This document shows, piece after piece, positions 48,343 through 58,851 of a stretch of 64,000 nt of DNA. The stretch is from an uncultured Gemmatimonadaceae bacterium. Lineage in GTDB: Bacteria > Gemmatimonadota > Gemmatimonadetes > Gemmatimonadales > Gemmatimonadaceae. Position numbers and translations under genes: made by a program. The notes beneath the pieces were generated by a model, which saw nothing but the letters and a program-made list of their open reading frames with translations, was not told where the DNA came from and did no database searches. The number at the start of each line of letters is the position of its first letter. The first letter of the stretch is position 1. The DNA lies in contig CAVVTZ010000010.1 of the NCBI GenBank assembly GCA_963751275.1, positions 1 to 64,000 of the forward strand. The letters run 5' to 3'.

Positions 48343-49550
48343 TGCCCTTCGGACGTCCGGCCGGCGCCGCCATCGCGGCGCTCTGCCTGTTCGCCGCCGC
48401 GCCGCGCGCGGCCGCTCAGCTCCCCTTCGACGGGAAGACGGGATTCACCGTCGCGCCCGTGTATCAGCAGTGGAGCTTCGGCTGCTGCTCGAGCGACACC
48501 GTGCCCGCCTCGCTCAAGAGCGCGCAGGAACTCACCGTGCCGCTCGCCGGCGCGTTCGCGATCGGCAAGCGCGTGCTGATCGACGGCTACGTCGCGTACG
48601 TGAGCGGCTCCGCCACCTCGCGCGACTCGGCCAACCTCCCCTCGCAGACCGTGCGCGTGAACGGCTTCACCGACATGACCGTGCGCGCCGGATTCCGGCT
48701 GCACGGCGACGACGCGATCATCACCGCGGGCGTCAACCTACCGACGGGGCTCACGAACCTCGACTCCTCGCAGTTCGGCGCGATGCGCGTGCTCGGCTCG
48801 CCGGTGCTCGCGGCCGCGTCGCCGGTGCTCGGCAGCGGCTTCGGTTTCACCGTGGGCGGCGTGTACGCGAAGAAGATCTCGGGCTGGGCCTGGGGGCTGG
48901 GCGCCTCGTATCAGTACCGCACCCAGTACTCGCCCATGCAGGCGGCGGCGCTCGGGCTCGGCACGTCGGTCACCAACGTGGAGCTCGCGCCGGGGTCGGC
49001 GTTCCGCGTGTCGGTGGGCACCAATGGATTGGTCGGCTCGGGGGCGATGGCCTTCAGCTTCGCGGGCACGTTCTACACGCAGGACAATCTGACCCGCACG
49101 CTGCCGGGCGACACCATACTCCAGACGCAGGTGACGCTCGGGCCGATGCTGCAGGGCGAATGGCGCTGGCGCACGCAGGCGCCGGGTTTCCGCACGCTCA
49201 ACGTGTTCGCGTACGATCGCTACGTGTCGCGCTACACGAGCGCGGGCAAGACCGTGCCCGGCACGAACGGGAATTTCCTGTACTTCGGCGTGAACGGGAT
49301 CACGCCGCTGAACCCGGACGTCGGGCTCGTGACGCAGCTCCACGGGCGCTGGCTCACCGGGCTCACGATCGACAACACCCTCCCGACGGCGGCGACGTTC
49401 ACGATGGGCGCCGGCGCGGGCGTCGGCTGGTTCGCCGGGTCGTTCGTGCTCACGCCGATGCTCGGCGCGGAGTTCGGGAACATCCAATCGGGCACGAACA
49501 CGTTCGGCGTGAGCGAGTGGCAGTTCTCCTTCACCATAGGCAGCCGCTGA
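48342..49550 (+). CDS. Putative outer-membrane beta-barrel protein
   Basis: Signal peptide; alternating Gly/aromatic beta-strands; GVNLPTG; C-terminal WQFSFTIG. Confidence 0.65.
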   Translation: MPFGRPAGAAIAALCLFAAAPRAAAQLPFDGKTGFTVAPVYQQWSFGCCSSDTVPASLKSAQELTVPLAGAFAIGKRVLIDGYVAYVSGSATSRDSANLPSQTVRVNGFTDMTVRAGFRLHGDDAIITAGVNLPTGLTNLDSSQFGAMRVLGSPVLAAASPVLGSGFGFTVGGVYAKKISGWAWGLGASYQYRTQYSPMQAAALGLGTSVTNVELAPGSAFRVSVGTNGLVGSGAMAFSFAGTFYTQDNLTRTLPGDTILQTQVTLGPMLQGEWRWRTQAPGFRTLNVFAYDRYVSRYTSAGKTVPGTNGNFLYFGVNGITPLNPDVGLVTQLHGRWLTGLTIDNTLPTAATFTMGAGAGVGWFAGSFVLTPMLGAEFGNIQSGTNTFGVSEWQFSFTIGSR

Positions 49551-50230
49551 GCGACGCGCCGACGGCGGAGTTCCTCGCGACCGTCCCACTCCTGAGCGGC
49601 CTCGGCGCCGCGGAGCTGCAGCGGTTCGCCGGAGACGCGCGCGAGCGCGGCTATCCGAAGGGTACGGTCATCCTCTTCGAGGACGATCCCGGGGATTCAC
49701 TCTTCATCGTGCGCGGCGGCCAGGTGAAGGTCGTCCTCGTGGGCGAGGACGGGCGGGAAGTGATCCTTGGCATGCTGGGCGTGGGCGCGCATTTCGGCGA
49801 GCTCTCGCTCATCGACAGCCGGCCGCGCTCCGCGCACGTGATCGCGGTGGAGGACTCGACGCTGATCGTGCTGCGCCGCGAGGATTTCCGCCGCCGCGTG
49901 GAAGAGTCGCCGGCGGTCGCGTGGGCGCTCATGCAGGAACTGTCGCGCCGCCTGCGGCGCGCCGACGAGCAGATCGGCAGCCTGGTGCTGCTGGATGTGG
50001 ACGGGCGCATCGCGCGCCTGCTCCTCGACGCCGCGGGGGAAGGCGGCGCCGCGCTGATCGAGCGGCGGCTGACGCACCAGACGATCGCGCAGATGATCGG
50101 CGCGAGCCGCGAGACCGTCTCGCGCGCGATGCGCGAATTCCAGGAGCGCGGGCTGATCACCGTGGTGCGCCGGCAGATCTCGATCGCCGACCGTACGGGG
50201 CTCGAAGCGCTCGCGCAAGTGAAGGTGTGA
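49547..50230 (+). CDS. Crp/Fnr family transcriptional regulator (start uncertain: CTG 49547 or GTG 49517)
   Basis: FGELSLID..PRSA cNMP pocket; LTHQTIAQMIGASRETVSR HTH. Confidence 0.92.
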   Translation: MSDAPTAEFLATVPLLSGLGAAELQRFAGDARERGYPKGTVILFEDDPGDSLFIVRGGQVKVVLVGEDGREVILGMLGVGAHFGELSLIDSRPRSAHVIAVEDSTLIVLRREDFRRRVEESPAVAWALMQELSRRLRRADEQIGSLVLLDVDGRIARLLLDAAGEGGAALIERRLTHQTIAQMIGASRETVSRAMREFQERGLITVVRRQISIADRTGLEALAQVKV

Positions 50231-50231
50231 C

Positions 50232-51102
50232 GTGACGCTCTCGCTGCGCTTCTGGGGCACGCGGGGCTCCGTGCCGGCGCCGGGCGCGAATACGGTGCGC
50301 TACGGGGGCAACACGCCCTGTCTCGAGGTACGAACCGGCGCCGGCGCGCTGCTCATCTTCGACGCCGGCACCGGCATTCGCGAACTCGGCCGCACGCTCA
50401 CGGCGAACGCCCACGGCGCGCCGATCATCGCGGACATCTTCCTGAGCCACGCGCACTGGGACCACATCCACGGACTCCCGTACTTCGCGCCGCTCTTCGC
50501 GCGCGGCAACCGCTTCACCATCTGGAGCACGCAGGCGCTGATGCCGGCCGTGGACCGCGCGGTGCGCGAGCAGAATGTCGCCCACGGTCTTCCCGGTGAC
50601 GTTCGACGAGGTGGAATCCACCGTCGAATTCCGCGTGCTCGGCGACACGCACAAGGGCGACGGCTATCTGCTGCGCCCGCTGGCCGTGCGGCATCCCGGC
50701 GGCGCGATCGCGTACCGGCTCACCGCGGCGCGCGAGGGCGGGAAGTCGCTCGTGTACATTTCCGACAACGAGCTCGGCGATGCGCCGGGCTACGTGCAGG
50801 CGGCCGGCTGGCGCGACGAACTCGTGGCCTTCGCGCGGGGCGCGTCCTTGCTAGTACACGACGCCATGTACACCGTTGAAGAGTACGCGCGGCACCGCGG
50901 CTGGGGCCATTCGCACATCGGCCACGCCGTGGACCTCGCGGTGGACGCCGGCGTGGACCGGCTCGCCATCTTCCATCACAATCCGGAGCACAGCGACGCG
51001 GAGTTGGACCAGCTCGTTGAAACGGGGCGCGCCATGGCCAAGAAGCGGGGCGCATCCCTGGAGATCCTCGCGGCGGCAGAAGGACTCACTCTCACCGTCT
51101 AG
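50232..51102 (+). CDS. MBL-fold metallo-hydrolase, possible cyclic-nucleotide phosphodiesterase (frameshift near 50572)
   Basis: FWGTRGSVP, YGGNTPC, DAGTG, SHAHWDHIHG; then HPGG, SDNE, HDAMY, GWGHS, FHHNP. Confidence 0.85.
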
Positions 51103-51120
51103 CACTCGACGGAGGCGCAC

Positions 51121-51876
51121 ATGAAGGCGACTGTGGTGACGCGCAGCATACGGATCGCATCGGCGATGGCGGCCATGCCGGTGGTGGCCGCGTTGGCGGC
51201 GCTCGCGGCGGGAACGCTCGCGGCGCAGAGCGATACGCGCCCGACGATCGCCGTCGTGGCCTTCTCGAACGGCGCGCTCGGCCCGGCGCACGCGGAGCTG
51301 GATCCGCTGTCCGCGGGCATGCAGGATCTGCTCATCTACTCGCTCTCGGGGAACGCGAAGATCCGCGTCGTGGAGCGGGCCAACCTCCAGGCGCTGATCA
51401 ACGAGCAGAACCTCGGCGCGAGCGGCCGCGTGGATGCGGCCACCGCGGCGCACCTGGGCAAGATCCTGGGCGCGGGCCACATGATCATGGGCGGGTTCAT
51501 CACCGACACGCAGGGTGCGATGCGCATCGTCGCGCGCTCGGTGAACGTCGAGACGTCGCTCGTGGAGTACAGCACGTCGGTGGACGGGAAGCAGGCCGAC
51601 GTGATGCTGCTGATCACCAAGCTCGCCGACCAGATCAATTCGGGACTCAAGCTGCCGGCGCTCGCGACCGGCACGAAGGAGGCGGCGATCGATCAGGCGA
51701 AGAAGGTGCCCTTCCAGGCGACGATGCTCTACTCGCGCGCGCTCGCGGCGAAGGATTCTGGCAACAAGGATGAAGCGGTGCAGCTGCTGCAGAAATCGCT
51801 CGAGGCTTTCCCGGACTTCGGCCCCGCGCAGCAGGAGCTCAAGAAGCTGCAGCCCCCGCCGAGCGGCACGGAGTAG
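51121..51876 (+). CDS. Secreted CsgG/HfaB-like domain protein with C-terminal TPR
   Basis: Signal peptide; RPTIAVVAF, IRVVERANLQALINEQNL, VDAATAAHLGKILGA. Confidence 0.8.
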   Translation: MKATVVTRSIRIASAMAAMPVVAALAALAAGTLAAQSDTRPTIAVVAFSNGALGPAHAELDPLSAGMQDLLIYSLSGNAKIRVVERANLQALINEQNLGASGRVDAATAAHLGKILGAGHMIMGGFITDTQGAMRIVARSVNVETSLVEYSTSVDGKQADVMLLITKLADQINSGLKLPALATGTKEAAIDQAKKVPFQATMLYSRALAAKDSGNKDEAVQLLQKSLEAFPDFGPAQQELKKLQPPPSGTE

Positions 51877-51892
51877 CGCACGCCGTGCGCCC

Positions 51893-53842
51893 GTGAAGCC
51901 GCTGCTCATCGCGTCGGCTGAGACGCTCGCCGCCATCGCCCCGCTGCTCGGGGGCGATGGCGAAGTGGAGACGCGCGCCGCGGAGCGGTTCCCTTCGCCC
52001 TCGTCGCTCGATCCCGCGCGCGCGACGGTGATCGTGGCGGATCGTGCGCTGCTCAAGGGCGCGGATGCGGCGGCGGTGGCGGGCGCCGCCGAGCGGGCGG
52101 CGCTGCTGGGCGCGGGCGGTGCGCAGGATGCGGAGCCCACCGCCGACTGGCCCCGCGAGCGGCTCGCGGGATTCATCCCCGGCGGGGCGCGCCCCGGCCT
52201 CGCCGCGGCGCAGCTGCGCGGCGCGCTGCACACCGCCCGCGCGCTCGCGGCGGCGTATTCCGCGCGCGCGAATGAGGAGCAGCGCTCGCGCGAACTGCGC
52301 GAGCTGGCGCAGGTGGGCGCGGCGCTCTCCACCGAGCGCGATCCGCTCAAGCTGCTCGAGATGATCCTCTCGCAAGCGCGCCGCGTGACCAACAGCGACG
52401 CGGGCTCGATCTATCTCGTGGAGCGCGATGAGACCGACGCACCCCAGGCGCTGCGATTCAAGCTCGCGCAGAACGATTCGCTCACGGGCGTGCCGTTCAG
52501 CGAGTTCACCGTGCCCATCGATCACACGAGCCTCGCCGGCCACGCCGCGTCCACGCGCGAGCCGATGATCATCGACGATGTGTACCTGCTCCCATCGGGC
52601 GCGAGCTACAAGCAGAATCGCAGCTTCGACGAGCGCACCGGCTACCGCACGAAGTCGATGCTCGTCTTCCCCCTCACCACGCTGCGCGACGACATCGTTG
52701 GAGTGCTGCAGCTCATCAACCGGAAGCGCGACCCAGCGGTGAAGCTCACGAGCGCGGACGTCGCCGACCGCGAGGTGCTGCCGTACGATGCGCGCGCCGT
52801 GGAGCTCGTGGGCGCGCTCGCGTCGCAGGCCGCCGTCTCGCTCGAGAACTCCCTGCTCTACGAGGACATCGAGAAGCTCTTCGCCGGTTTCGTGACGGCG
52901 GCGGTCACCGCGATCGAGTCGCGCGACCCGACCACGGCGGGCCACTCCGGGCGCGTGGCCGATCTCACCGTGGGGCTCGCGCAGGCGCTCGAGCGCGGCG
53001 GCTCCGGGAAATACGCGGGCTTCACCTTCACGCGCGAGCAGGTGCGCGAGCTCCGCTACGCGAGCCTCCTGCACGATTTCGGCAAGGTCGGCGTGCGCGA
53101 GCAGGTGCTCGTGAAAGCGAAGAAGCTCTACGGCCCGACACTCGAAGCCATCCGCGACCGCGTCGGCTATCTCAAGCAGACCGCCGAACTCGAGTTCGAG
53201 CGCGCGCGCGCGGCCTTCCTGTCCGAGCACGGCCGGCGCGGCTTCGAGTCCCACGAGGCGGAGCTGCGCGCGCAGTTCGCCGCCCGCAACGCGGAGCTGG
53301 ACCGCTTCCTCGCGTCGGTGCTCACGGCGAACGAGCCCAATCTCCTCGCCGAGACCGCCGCGGTGGATCTGCGCGAGTTCGGCAGCCGCGGCTTCAAGGG
53401 CTGGGACGGCGAGGAGCATCCGATGCTCGACGAGGATGAGCTGCGCCTGCTCACGATCCCCAAGGGCACGCTGGACGAAGCCGAGCGCCGCGAGATCGAG
53501 TCGCACGTGACGCACACGTTCCGCTTCCTGCGCGAGATCCCGTGGACGCGCGAACTGCGCCGGCTCCCCGAGATCGCCTTCGGCCATCACGAGAAGCTGA
53601 ACGGCGCCGGCTATCCGCGCGGCATTCGCGGCGAGGAGATCCCGGTGCAGACGCGCATGATGACGATCTCCGACATCTTCGACGCGCTCACCGCCGCCGA
53701 CCGGCCGTACAAGCCCGCGGTGCAGCTGCCGAAGGCGCTCGACATCCTGCGCATGGAGACGAAGGGCGGGATGATCGATGCGGATCTCGTGGAGCTGTTC
53801 GTGAACGCGAAGGTCTACGAGGCGACGGTCTCAGGTTCCTGA
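51893..53842 (+). CDS. GAF + HD-GYP domain phosphodiesterase
   Basis: DAGSIYL, GYRTKSML, GVLQLINRK (GAF); TAGHSGRV, LLHDFGK, HHEKLNGAGYP, DIFDALT, RPYK. Confidence 0.92.
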   Translation: MKPLLIASAETLAAIAPLLGGDGEVETRAAERFPSPSSLDPARATVIVADRALLKGADAAAVAGAAERAALLGAGGAQDAEPTADWPRERLAGFIPGGARPGLAAAQLRGALHTARALAAAYSARANEEQRSRELRELAQVGAALSTERDPLKLLEMILSQARRVTNSDAGSIYLVERDETDAPQALRFKLAQNDSLTGVPFSEFTVPIDHTSLAGHAASTREPMIIDDVYLLPSGASYKQNRSFDERTGYRTKSMLVFPLTTLRDDIVGVLQLINRKRDPAVKLTSADVADREVLPYDARAVELVGALASQAAVSLENSLLYEDIEKLFAGFVTAAVTAIESRDPTTAGHSGRVADLTVGLAQALERGGSGKYAGFTFTREQVRELRYASLLHDFGKVGVREQVLVKAKKLYGPTLEAIRDRVGYLKQTAELEFERARAAFLSEHGRRGFESHEAELRAQFAARNAELDRFLASVLTANEPNLLAETAAVDLREFGSRGFKGWDGEEHPMLDEDELRLLTIPKGTLDEAERREIESHVTHTFRFLREIPWTRELRRLPEIAFGHHEKLNGAGYPRGIRGEEIPVQTRMMTISDIFDALTAADRPYKPAVQLPKALDILRMETKGGMIDADLVELFVNAKVYEATVSGS

Positions 53843-55376
53843 GGGCGCGCCGTATCCGCCGCCGCCCGGCGTCTCGATCGTCACGACATCGCCCGGCTCC
53901 AGCTCCACCCGGCACTTGGCCGGGAGCACGCGGTCGTTCAGCCGGTTCACGCCCACCGCGCCATCGCCGCCGCCGTGCGCGCCCGCCGGCGCGCGGGTGC
54001 GGCGCTCGGTGAGCAGGGTGAGCGTGCAGCGCTCGAGCACGCGGTACCGGCGGATCACGCCGTCGCCGCCACGGAACTTCGCCCGCGCCGCCGGTGCCGC
54101 GCCGCACGCCGTACGCATCAATGCGCAGCGGGTACGCCCACTCGAGCGCCTCGATGGGCGTGTTGCGCGTGTTGCTCATGCCCACGTGCACGGCGTCGGG
54201 GCCGTCGCCGCGCGCACTCGCCCCCTGGCCGCCGCCGAGCGTCTCGTAGAAGGTCCAGCCGGCGCCGCCGAAGGTGATGTTGTTCATCGTGCCCTGCCCT
54301 TGCGCCGGCACTTCGAGGCCGGCGTTCGCGAGCGCGGAGAACATCGTGTCCGCGAGCCGCTGCGACATCTCGACGTTGCCCGCCGCGACGGCCGCGGGCC
54401 AGCGCGCGTGCACCGCGCTCCCCTCCTCCGCCACCAGGTCGATCGCGCGCGCGATCCCGTCGTTGGTCGGCACATCGTCGTCGAGCAGCGTGCGCAGCAC
54501 GAACGCCGCCGCCGCGCGCGTGACCGCGAGCGGGCAGTTCACGTTGCCGCGCACCTGCGTCGACGTGCCCGCGAAATCGAAGCGCAGCTTTCCCTCGAAC
54601 ACGCTCACCTCCACGACCACCGGCACCGGATCCTCGCTCAAGCCGTCGCCCTCGAGCAGGTCCTCGGCGCGGCCCGTGCGGTCGCCGAGCTGCGCGATCG
54701 CCGCGCGCGCGCGCCGCTCGGTGTAGCCGAGCAGCGCGTCGCCGGCCGCGGTCACGCGCGCCGCACCCTCGCGCGCCACGAGCGCACGGAGCCCCGCCAC
54801 GCCCGCCGCGCACGCCGCCAGCTGCGCGCGCAGATCGCCCAGCCGCTCCTCGGGCGTGCGCACGTTCGCCAGCACCAGCGCGAGCAGCTCCTCGTCGATG
54901 ATCCCCTCGCGCACCAGCCGCACCGGCGGCAGCACGAGCCCTTCCTGCACGAGTTCAGTGGCCCCCTGCGGCATGCTCCCGGGGCTCATGCCGCCCACGT
55001 CGGCGTGATGCGCGCGCACGGCGCCGAAGCCGGCGCTCCGCCCCTCGAGCGCGATCGCCTCGACCAGCGTGAGATCGGGCAGATGCGAGCCGCCATGATA
55101 CGGATCGTTGAGCAGGAACACATCGCGCGGGCGCGGCTTGCTCGCGATCACCGCGCGCACGGCCTCCGGCATCGCGCCCAGATGCACCGGGATGTGCGCG
55201 GCCTGCGCGATCATCCGGCCGCGCACGTCGAAGAGCGCCGCCGAGGAATCGCGCCGCTCGCGGATGTTCGGCGAGAGCGCGCCGCGCACGAGCACCGCGC
55301 CCATCTCCTCGGCGATCGCGGCGAAGCCGTGCGCCATGACCTCGAGGTCCAGCGGATCGAACGTCTCGTCGCTCAT
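53831..55376 (-). CDS. Hydantoinase B / 5-oxoprolinase subunit (frameshift near 54080)
   Basis: SPNIRERRD, HIPVHLG, NDPYHGGSHLPD, HHADVGG, NTPIEALE; terminal ETPGGGGYG in the next frame. Confidence 0.88.
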
Positions 55377-57295
55377 GCGTCGCGCTCCAGCAGCCAGCCG
55401 CCGATCGGCAGGGCGCGCGCCGTCCAGCCGGGCGCCACGAGCAGGGTGGCATCGGGCAGCGAGATCACGGCGCGTCCGGTCACGGTCACGTCGAGTTCGG
55501 CGCCCGTGTCCTCCATGGACGGGCCCCACGCCGCGGTGCCGCGGCGCGCGAGCACCAGCGGCCGCACCGATCCGGATGCCGCGTGGCGCGCGCTGATGAC
55601 CTCCACCTCGCGCGTGAGCGTGAAGTTGTAGCGGCGGTCGTGCATGTCCGCGAAGCGCGCGGCGATCTCCTGCCCCGCATCGCCCGGCTCGAACGTGATC
55701 TCCAGCTCGTGTCCCTGCCCTTCGTAGCGCGCCCGGGCCCACCACCGGTGCGCGTACTTGGGATCCGGCTTGCCCGAGAGCGAATGCGCGAGGCGCCGCG
55801 TGTCGCCGGGATCGAGCTCGGTCACCTTCCGCATCACGCTCGTCAGCGTCTCGCGCCGTTCCGCCGAGATCGCGAGGCCGAGTGCGCTGAGCACGCCGGC
55901 GAAGGGCGGCACGAGCACCGCGCGCATGCCGAGGTGTTCGGCCAGCGCGCATCCGTGCAGCGGCCCGCCGCCGCCGAAGGCGACGAGCACCGCGCGGCGC
56001 GGATCGGCGCCGCGCTCCACGCTCACGCGCCGCAGCGCGCGCGCCATCGAGGCGTCGGCCGCGGCGATCATCGCGCGCGCGGCGCGTTCCGCATCCACGC
56101 CGAGCTGCGCGGCGAGGCGCCCCACCGCCTCGCGCGCGGCCGCGGCGTTCAGCGTGATGCCGCCGCTCATGCGCGCGCGATGCACGTTGCCCAGCACGAT
56201 GTGCGCGTCCGTCACCGTCGCGCCGGTACCGCCGCGGCCGAACGCCGCCGGGCCGGGATTCGCGCCGGCGCTGCGCGGCCCCACGCGGAGCGCGCCGCCG
56301 TCGTCCACCCAGCCCAGGCTGCCGCCGCCCGCCGACACGGTCTCCACGAGCACGCGCGGGAGCGCGATCGGCACGCCGGCCACGTCGCCCCCCGCCTCCG
56401 TGACGGGCTCGCCCTCGAGGATCAGCCCCGCGTCGGCGCTGGTGCCGCCGATGTCGATCGTCAGCGCCTCGTTGAAGCCCGCGAGTCCGGCGACGAACGC
56501 CGCGCCCACCACGCCCCCCGCCGGACCCGAGAGCGCGAGCGACGCCGCGTTCGTGGCCGCATCCTTCCCCGTGCGCATCCCGCCGCTCGACGTGAGCACC
56601 GCGAGCGGCGGCGCGCCGCGCGCCGCGAGCTGCTCGCCCAGCTTCGACAGATACCGGCCGACGCCCGGCCGCAGGTACGCCTCGGCGACGGTGGTCGCGG
56701 TGCGTTCGTATTCGCGGATCTCGGGCAGCACTTCGCTCGAGCGGATCACTTCGAGCTTCGGCTTCTTCGCCTTGATCGCCTTGACCATCGCCTCCTCGTG
56801 CCGCGGGTCGAGATACGCGTGCAGCAGCGCCACGGCAACGACTTCGGGCTTGAGCTCCAGCGCCCGCGCCGCGGCCGCGTCCGCCTCCTCGGCGCTGAGC
56901 GGCTGCGTCTCCCCGTCGGGCGCGACGCGCCCCGGCACGGCGACACGCTGCTCCGGGGGCACGAGCGGCGCCGGGTGCTGCCGCGTGAGATCGTACAGCG
57001 ACGCGCGCTCCTGGCGGCGGAGATCCAGCAGATCCGTCGCGTGCTCGGTGGCGCACAGCACCACGCGCGCGCCGGTGCGCTCGAGCAGCATGTTGGTGGC
57101 GACGGTGGTGCCGTGCACGAGGCGCTCGAGCGTCTTGGGCGCGCCGCCGAGCGCGTCGAGCGCATCGAGCACGCCGGCGCTCTGATCCGCGGGGGTGCTC
57201 AGCACCTTGCGCGCTTCGGCCATCCCCGCCTCATCGATCGCGACGAGGTCGGTGTAGGTGCCGCCGACGTCGATGCCCACCGTGCGGCCGCTCAC
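55373..57295 (-). CDS. Hydantoinase A / 5-oxoprolinase subunit
   Basis: GIDVGGTYTD, HGTTVATN, SGPAGG, DIGGTS, VGPRSAGANPGP, FGGGGPLH. Confidence 0.92.
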   Translation of the reverse strand: MSGRTVGIDVGGTYTDLVAIDEAGMAEARKVLSTPADQSAGVLDALDALGGAPKTLERLVHGTTVATNMLLERTGARVVLCATEHATDLLDLRRQERASLYDLTRQHPAPLVPPEQRVAVPGRVAPDGETQPLSAEEADAAAARALELKPEVVAVALLHAYLDPRHEEAMVKAIKAKKPKLEVIRSSEVLPEIREYERTATTVAEAYLRPGVGRYLSKLGEQLAARGAPPLAVLTSSGGMRTGKDAATNAASLALSGPAGGVVGAAFVAGLAGFNEALTIDIGGTSADAGLILEGEPVTEAGGDVAGVPIALPRVLVETVSAGGGSLGWVDDGGALRVGPRSAGANPGPAAFGRGGTGATVTDAHIVLGNVHRARMSGGITLNAAAAREAVGRLAAQLGVDAERAARAMIAAADASMARALRRVSVERGADPRRAVLVAFGGGGPLHGCALAEHLGMRAVLVPPFAGVLSALGLAISAERRETLTSVMRKVTELDPGDTRRLAHSLSGKPDPKYAHRWWARARYEGQGHELEITFEPGDAGQEIAARFADMHDRRYNFTLTREVEVISARHAASGSVRPLVLARRGTAAWGPSMEDTGAELDVTVTGRAVISLPDATLLVAPGWTARALPIGGWLLERDA

Positions 57296-58851
57296 GCCGC
57301 TCGCTCCGTGTTGCGCGCCACGATGATGAGGCCGATCGTCGCCGCGACGCACAGCCAACCGATCCAATCGCCGAGGATCACATAGAGCGTCCGAATGTCG
57401 GTCGTTTGCGCCGCGTACTGTCGCGTGGCGGACACGAACAGTTCCGTCTCGCCGTGGATGCGCCCGAGCGGATCGGTGTACGAGCTGATCCCGGTGTTCG
57501 CCGCGCGCACGATCCCCACGCGATTCTCGATCGCGCGCAGCGCGATGTGCGCCTCGTGCTGCCATGGCGCGAGGCTGCGGCCGAACCACGCGTCGTTCGT
57601 GATGTTCACCAGGATCGCCGCGCCATTGCGCCGGTAGTCGCGCGACAACGACGGGAAGATCGACTCGTAGCAGATGAGCACGCCCACTTTGCCGAACGGC
57701 AGCGTGAAGGGCGGCTGATGCCCGCCGCGCCCGAAGCTGCCGAAATAGCGAAACCGCCGGAACCAGCGCGGGTCGAGGAAGGGCACACGCTCCACCACCG
57801 GCACGAGGAAGCTCTTGTGATATGGCGGCTGGGAACGGATCGAGCCCGCCGTGTCGGAGAGCATCGCCGCGTTGAAATATTCGAACTGCCCCGGCGCGGG
57901 GAAATCCAGGTCGAGGACGCCGAAGATGATCGGCGTGCGGCTCTGCCGGCTCACGGTCGAGACCGCGGTCTCCCATTCCGGATGCTCGGGGAGGAATCCG
58001 GGCAGCGACGCCTCGGGCCAGAGCACGAGTTGCGGCGCGGCGCTGTCGGCATGCGGCGTGAGCGCTTCCTTGGTGAGCACGAGCAGCATGCCGAGGATGC
58101 GCCCCTGGTTCTGCGCCTGCCACTTGTCCTCCTGCGGCACGTTCGGCTGGACGATCGCCACCGGCGCCACCGGCTTGAGCGCGATGCGCGGCATCCGCCA
58201 GCTGCCATAGAGCCAGATCGCGCCCGCGATCGCGATCACCGCGGCGACGCGCGTGGCGACGGCCCTCCATTGGCGGCGGGCGAGCCACGCGTCGGCGAGC
58301 AGACCGTTCGTCGCCGCGATCCACAGGCTGAGCCCATGCACGCCGCTCAGTTCCGCGGTCTGCGCGAGCACCGGTGTGCGCGCGAGCGCGAGCCCCAGCG
58401 GGAGCCACGGGAAGGAGAGATCGGAGATGTGCATGAGCGCCATCTCGACGGCCACCCACGTCAGCGGCAGCAGCAGTGCCAGCGGCAGCTTCGTGCGCCG
58501 CCGGATCACGAACAGCGCCGCACCGCCCACGCCCACCACCGGCGCGAGCACGAGCATCACGGCGGCGGCGTAGCCGAGGATCGCGAGCTTGGTATAGATC
58601 GCGAGGGCGATCGCGATCCAGTAGAGCGTCGCGCCGTACGCGAGCATGCCGGTCCAGTAGGCGAAGCGGAATGCGCGGCCGCCGGTGCCGCCGCCATCCG
58701 CCAGCTGGGCGATCTCGAGCGCGAATGGGATCAAACAGAGGAACGCCGGCACGACCAGCGGCACCGGGGGGAACGCCAGCGCGAACAGCGCGGCCGACGC
58801 GGCCGCCGCCGCGGCCTCTCGTCGCGCGGGGAAGAGCGCGCGCCACGTCAC
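57292..58851 (-). CDS. lnt: Apolipoprotein N-acyltransferase
   Basis: TM N-terminus, VQPN, WPE, YHK..LVP..E, ICYESIF, TNDAWFG, RAIENR, RAANTGIS. Confidence 0.94.
   Translation of the reverse strand: MTWRALFPARREAAAAAASAALFALAFPPVPLVVPAFLCLIPFALEIAQLADGGGTGGRAFRFAYWTGMLAYGATLYWIAIALAIYTKLAILGYAAAVMLVLAPVVGVGGAALFVIRRRTKLPLALLLPLTWVAVEMALMHISDLSFPWLPLGLALARTPVLAQTAELSGVHGLSLWIAATNGLLADAWLARRQWRAVATRVAAVIAIAGAIWLYGSWRMPRIALKPVAPVAIVQPNVPQEDKWQAQNQGRILGMLLVLTKEALTPHADSAAPQLVLWPEASLPGFLPEHPEWETAVSTVSRQSRTPIIFGVLDLDFPAPGQFEYFNAAMLSDTAGSIRSQPPYHKSFLVPVVERVPFLDPRWFRRFRYFGSFGRGGHQPPFTLPFGKVGVLICYESIFPSLSRDYRRNGAAILVNITNDAWFGRSLAPWQHEAHIALRAIENRVGIVRAANTGISSYTDPLGRIHGETELFVSATRQYAAQTTDIRTLYVILGDWIGWLCVAATIGLIIVARNTERAA

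Noticed and set aside
47059..51876. Curli secretion operon
   Set aside because: Only CsgG-like domains are present; no curlin repeats or csgE/csgF-like genes were seen.
5069..55376. Frameshifts in dinG-like, flippase, prs, rplY, pth, ychF, Omp85-like, aroF, prmC, prfA, MBL hydrolase and hydantoinase B read as pseudogenes or programmed frameshifting
   Set aside because: They hit essential genes (prs, pth, prfA), both halves remain well conserved, and no shared slippery motif is evident. Uncorrected long-read indels are the simplest explanation.
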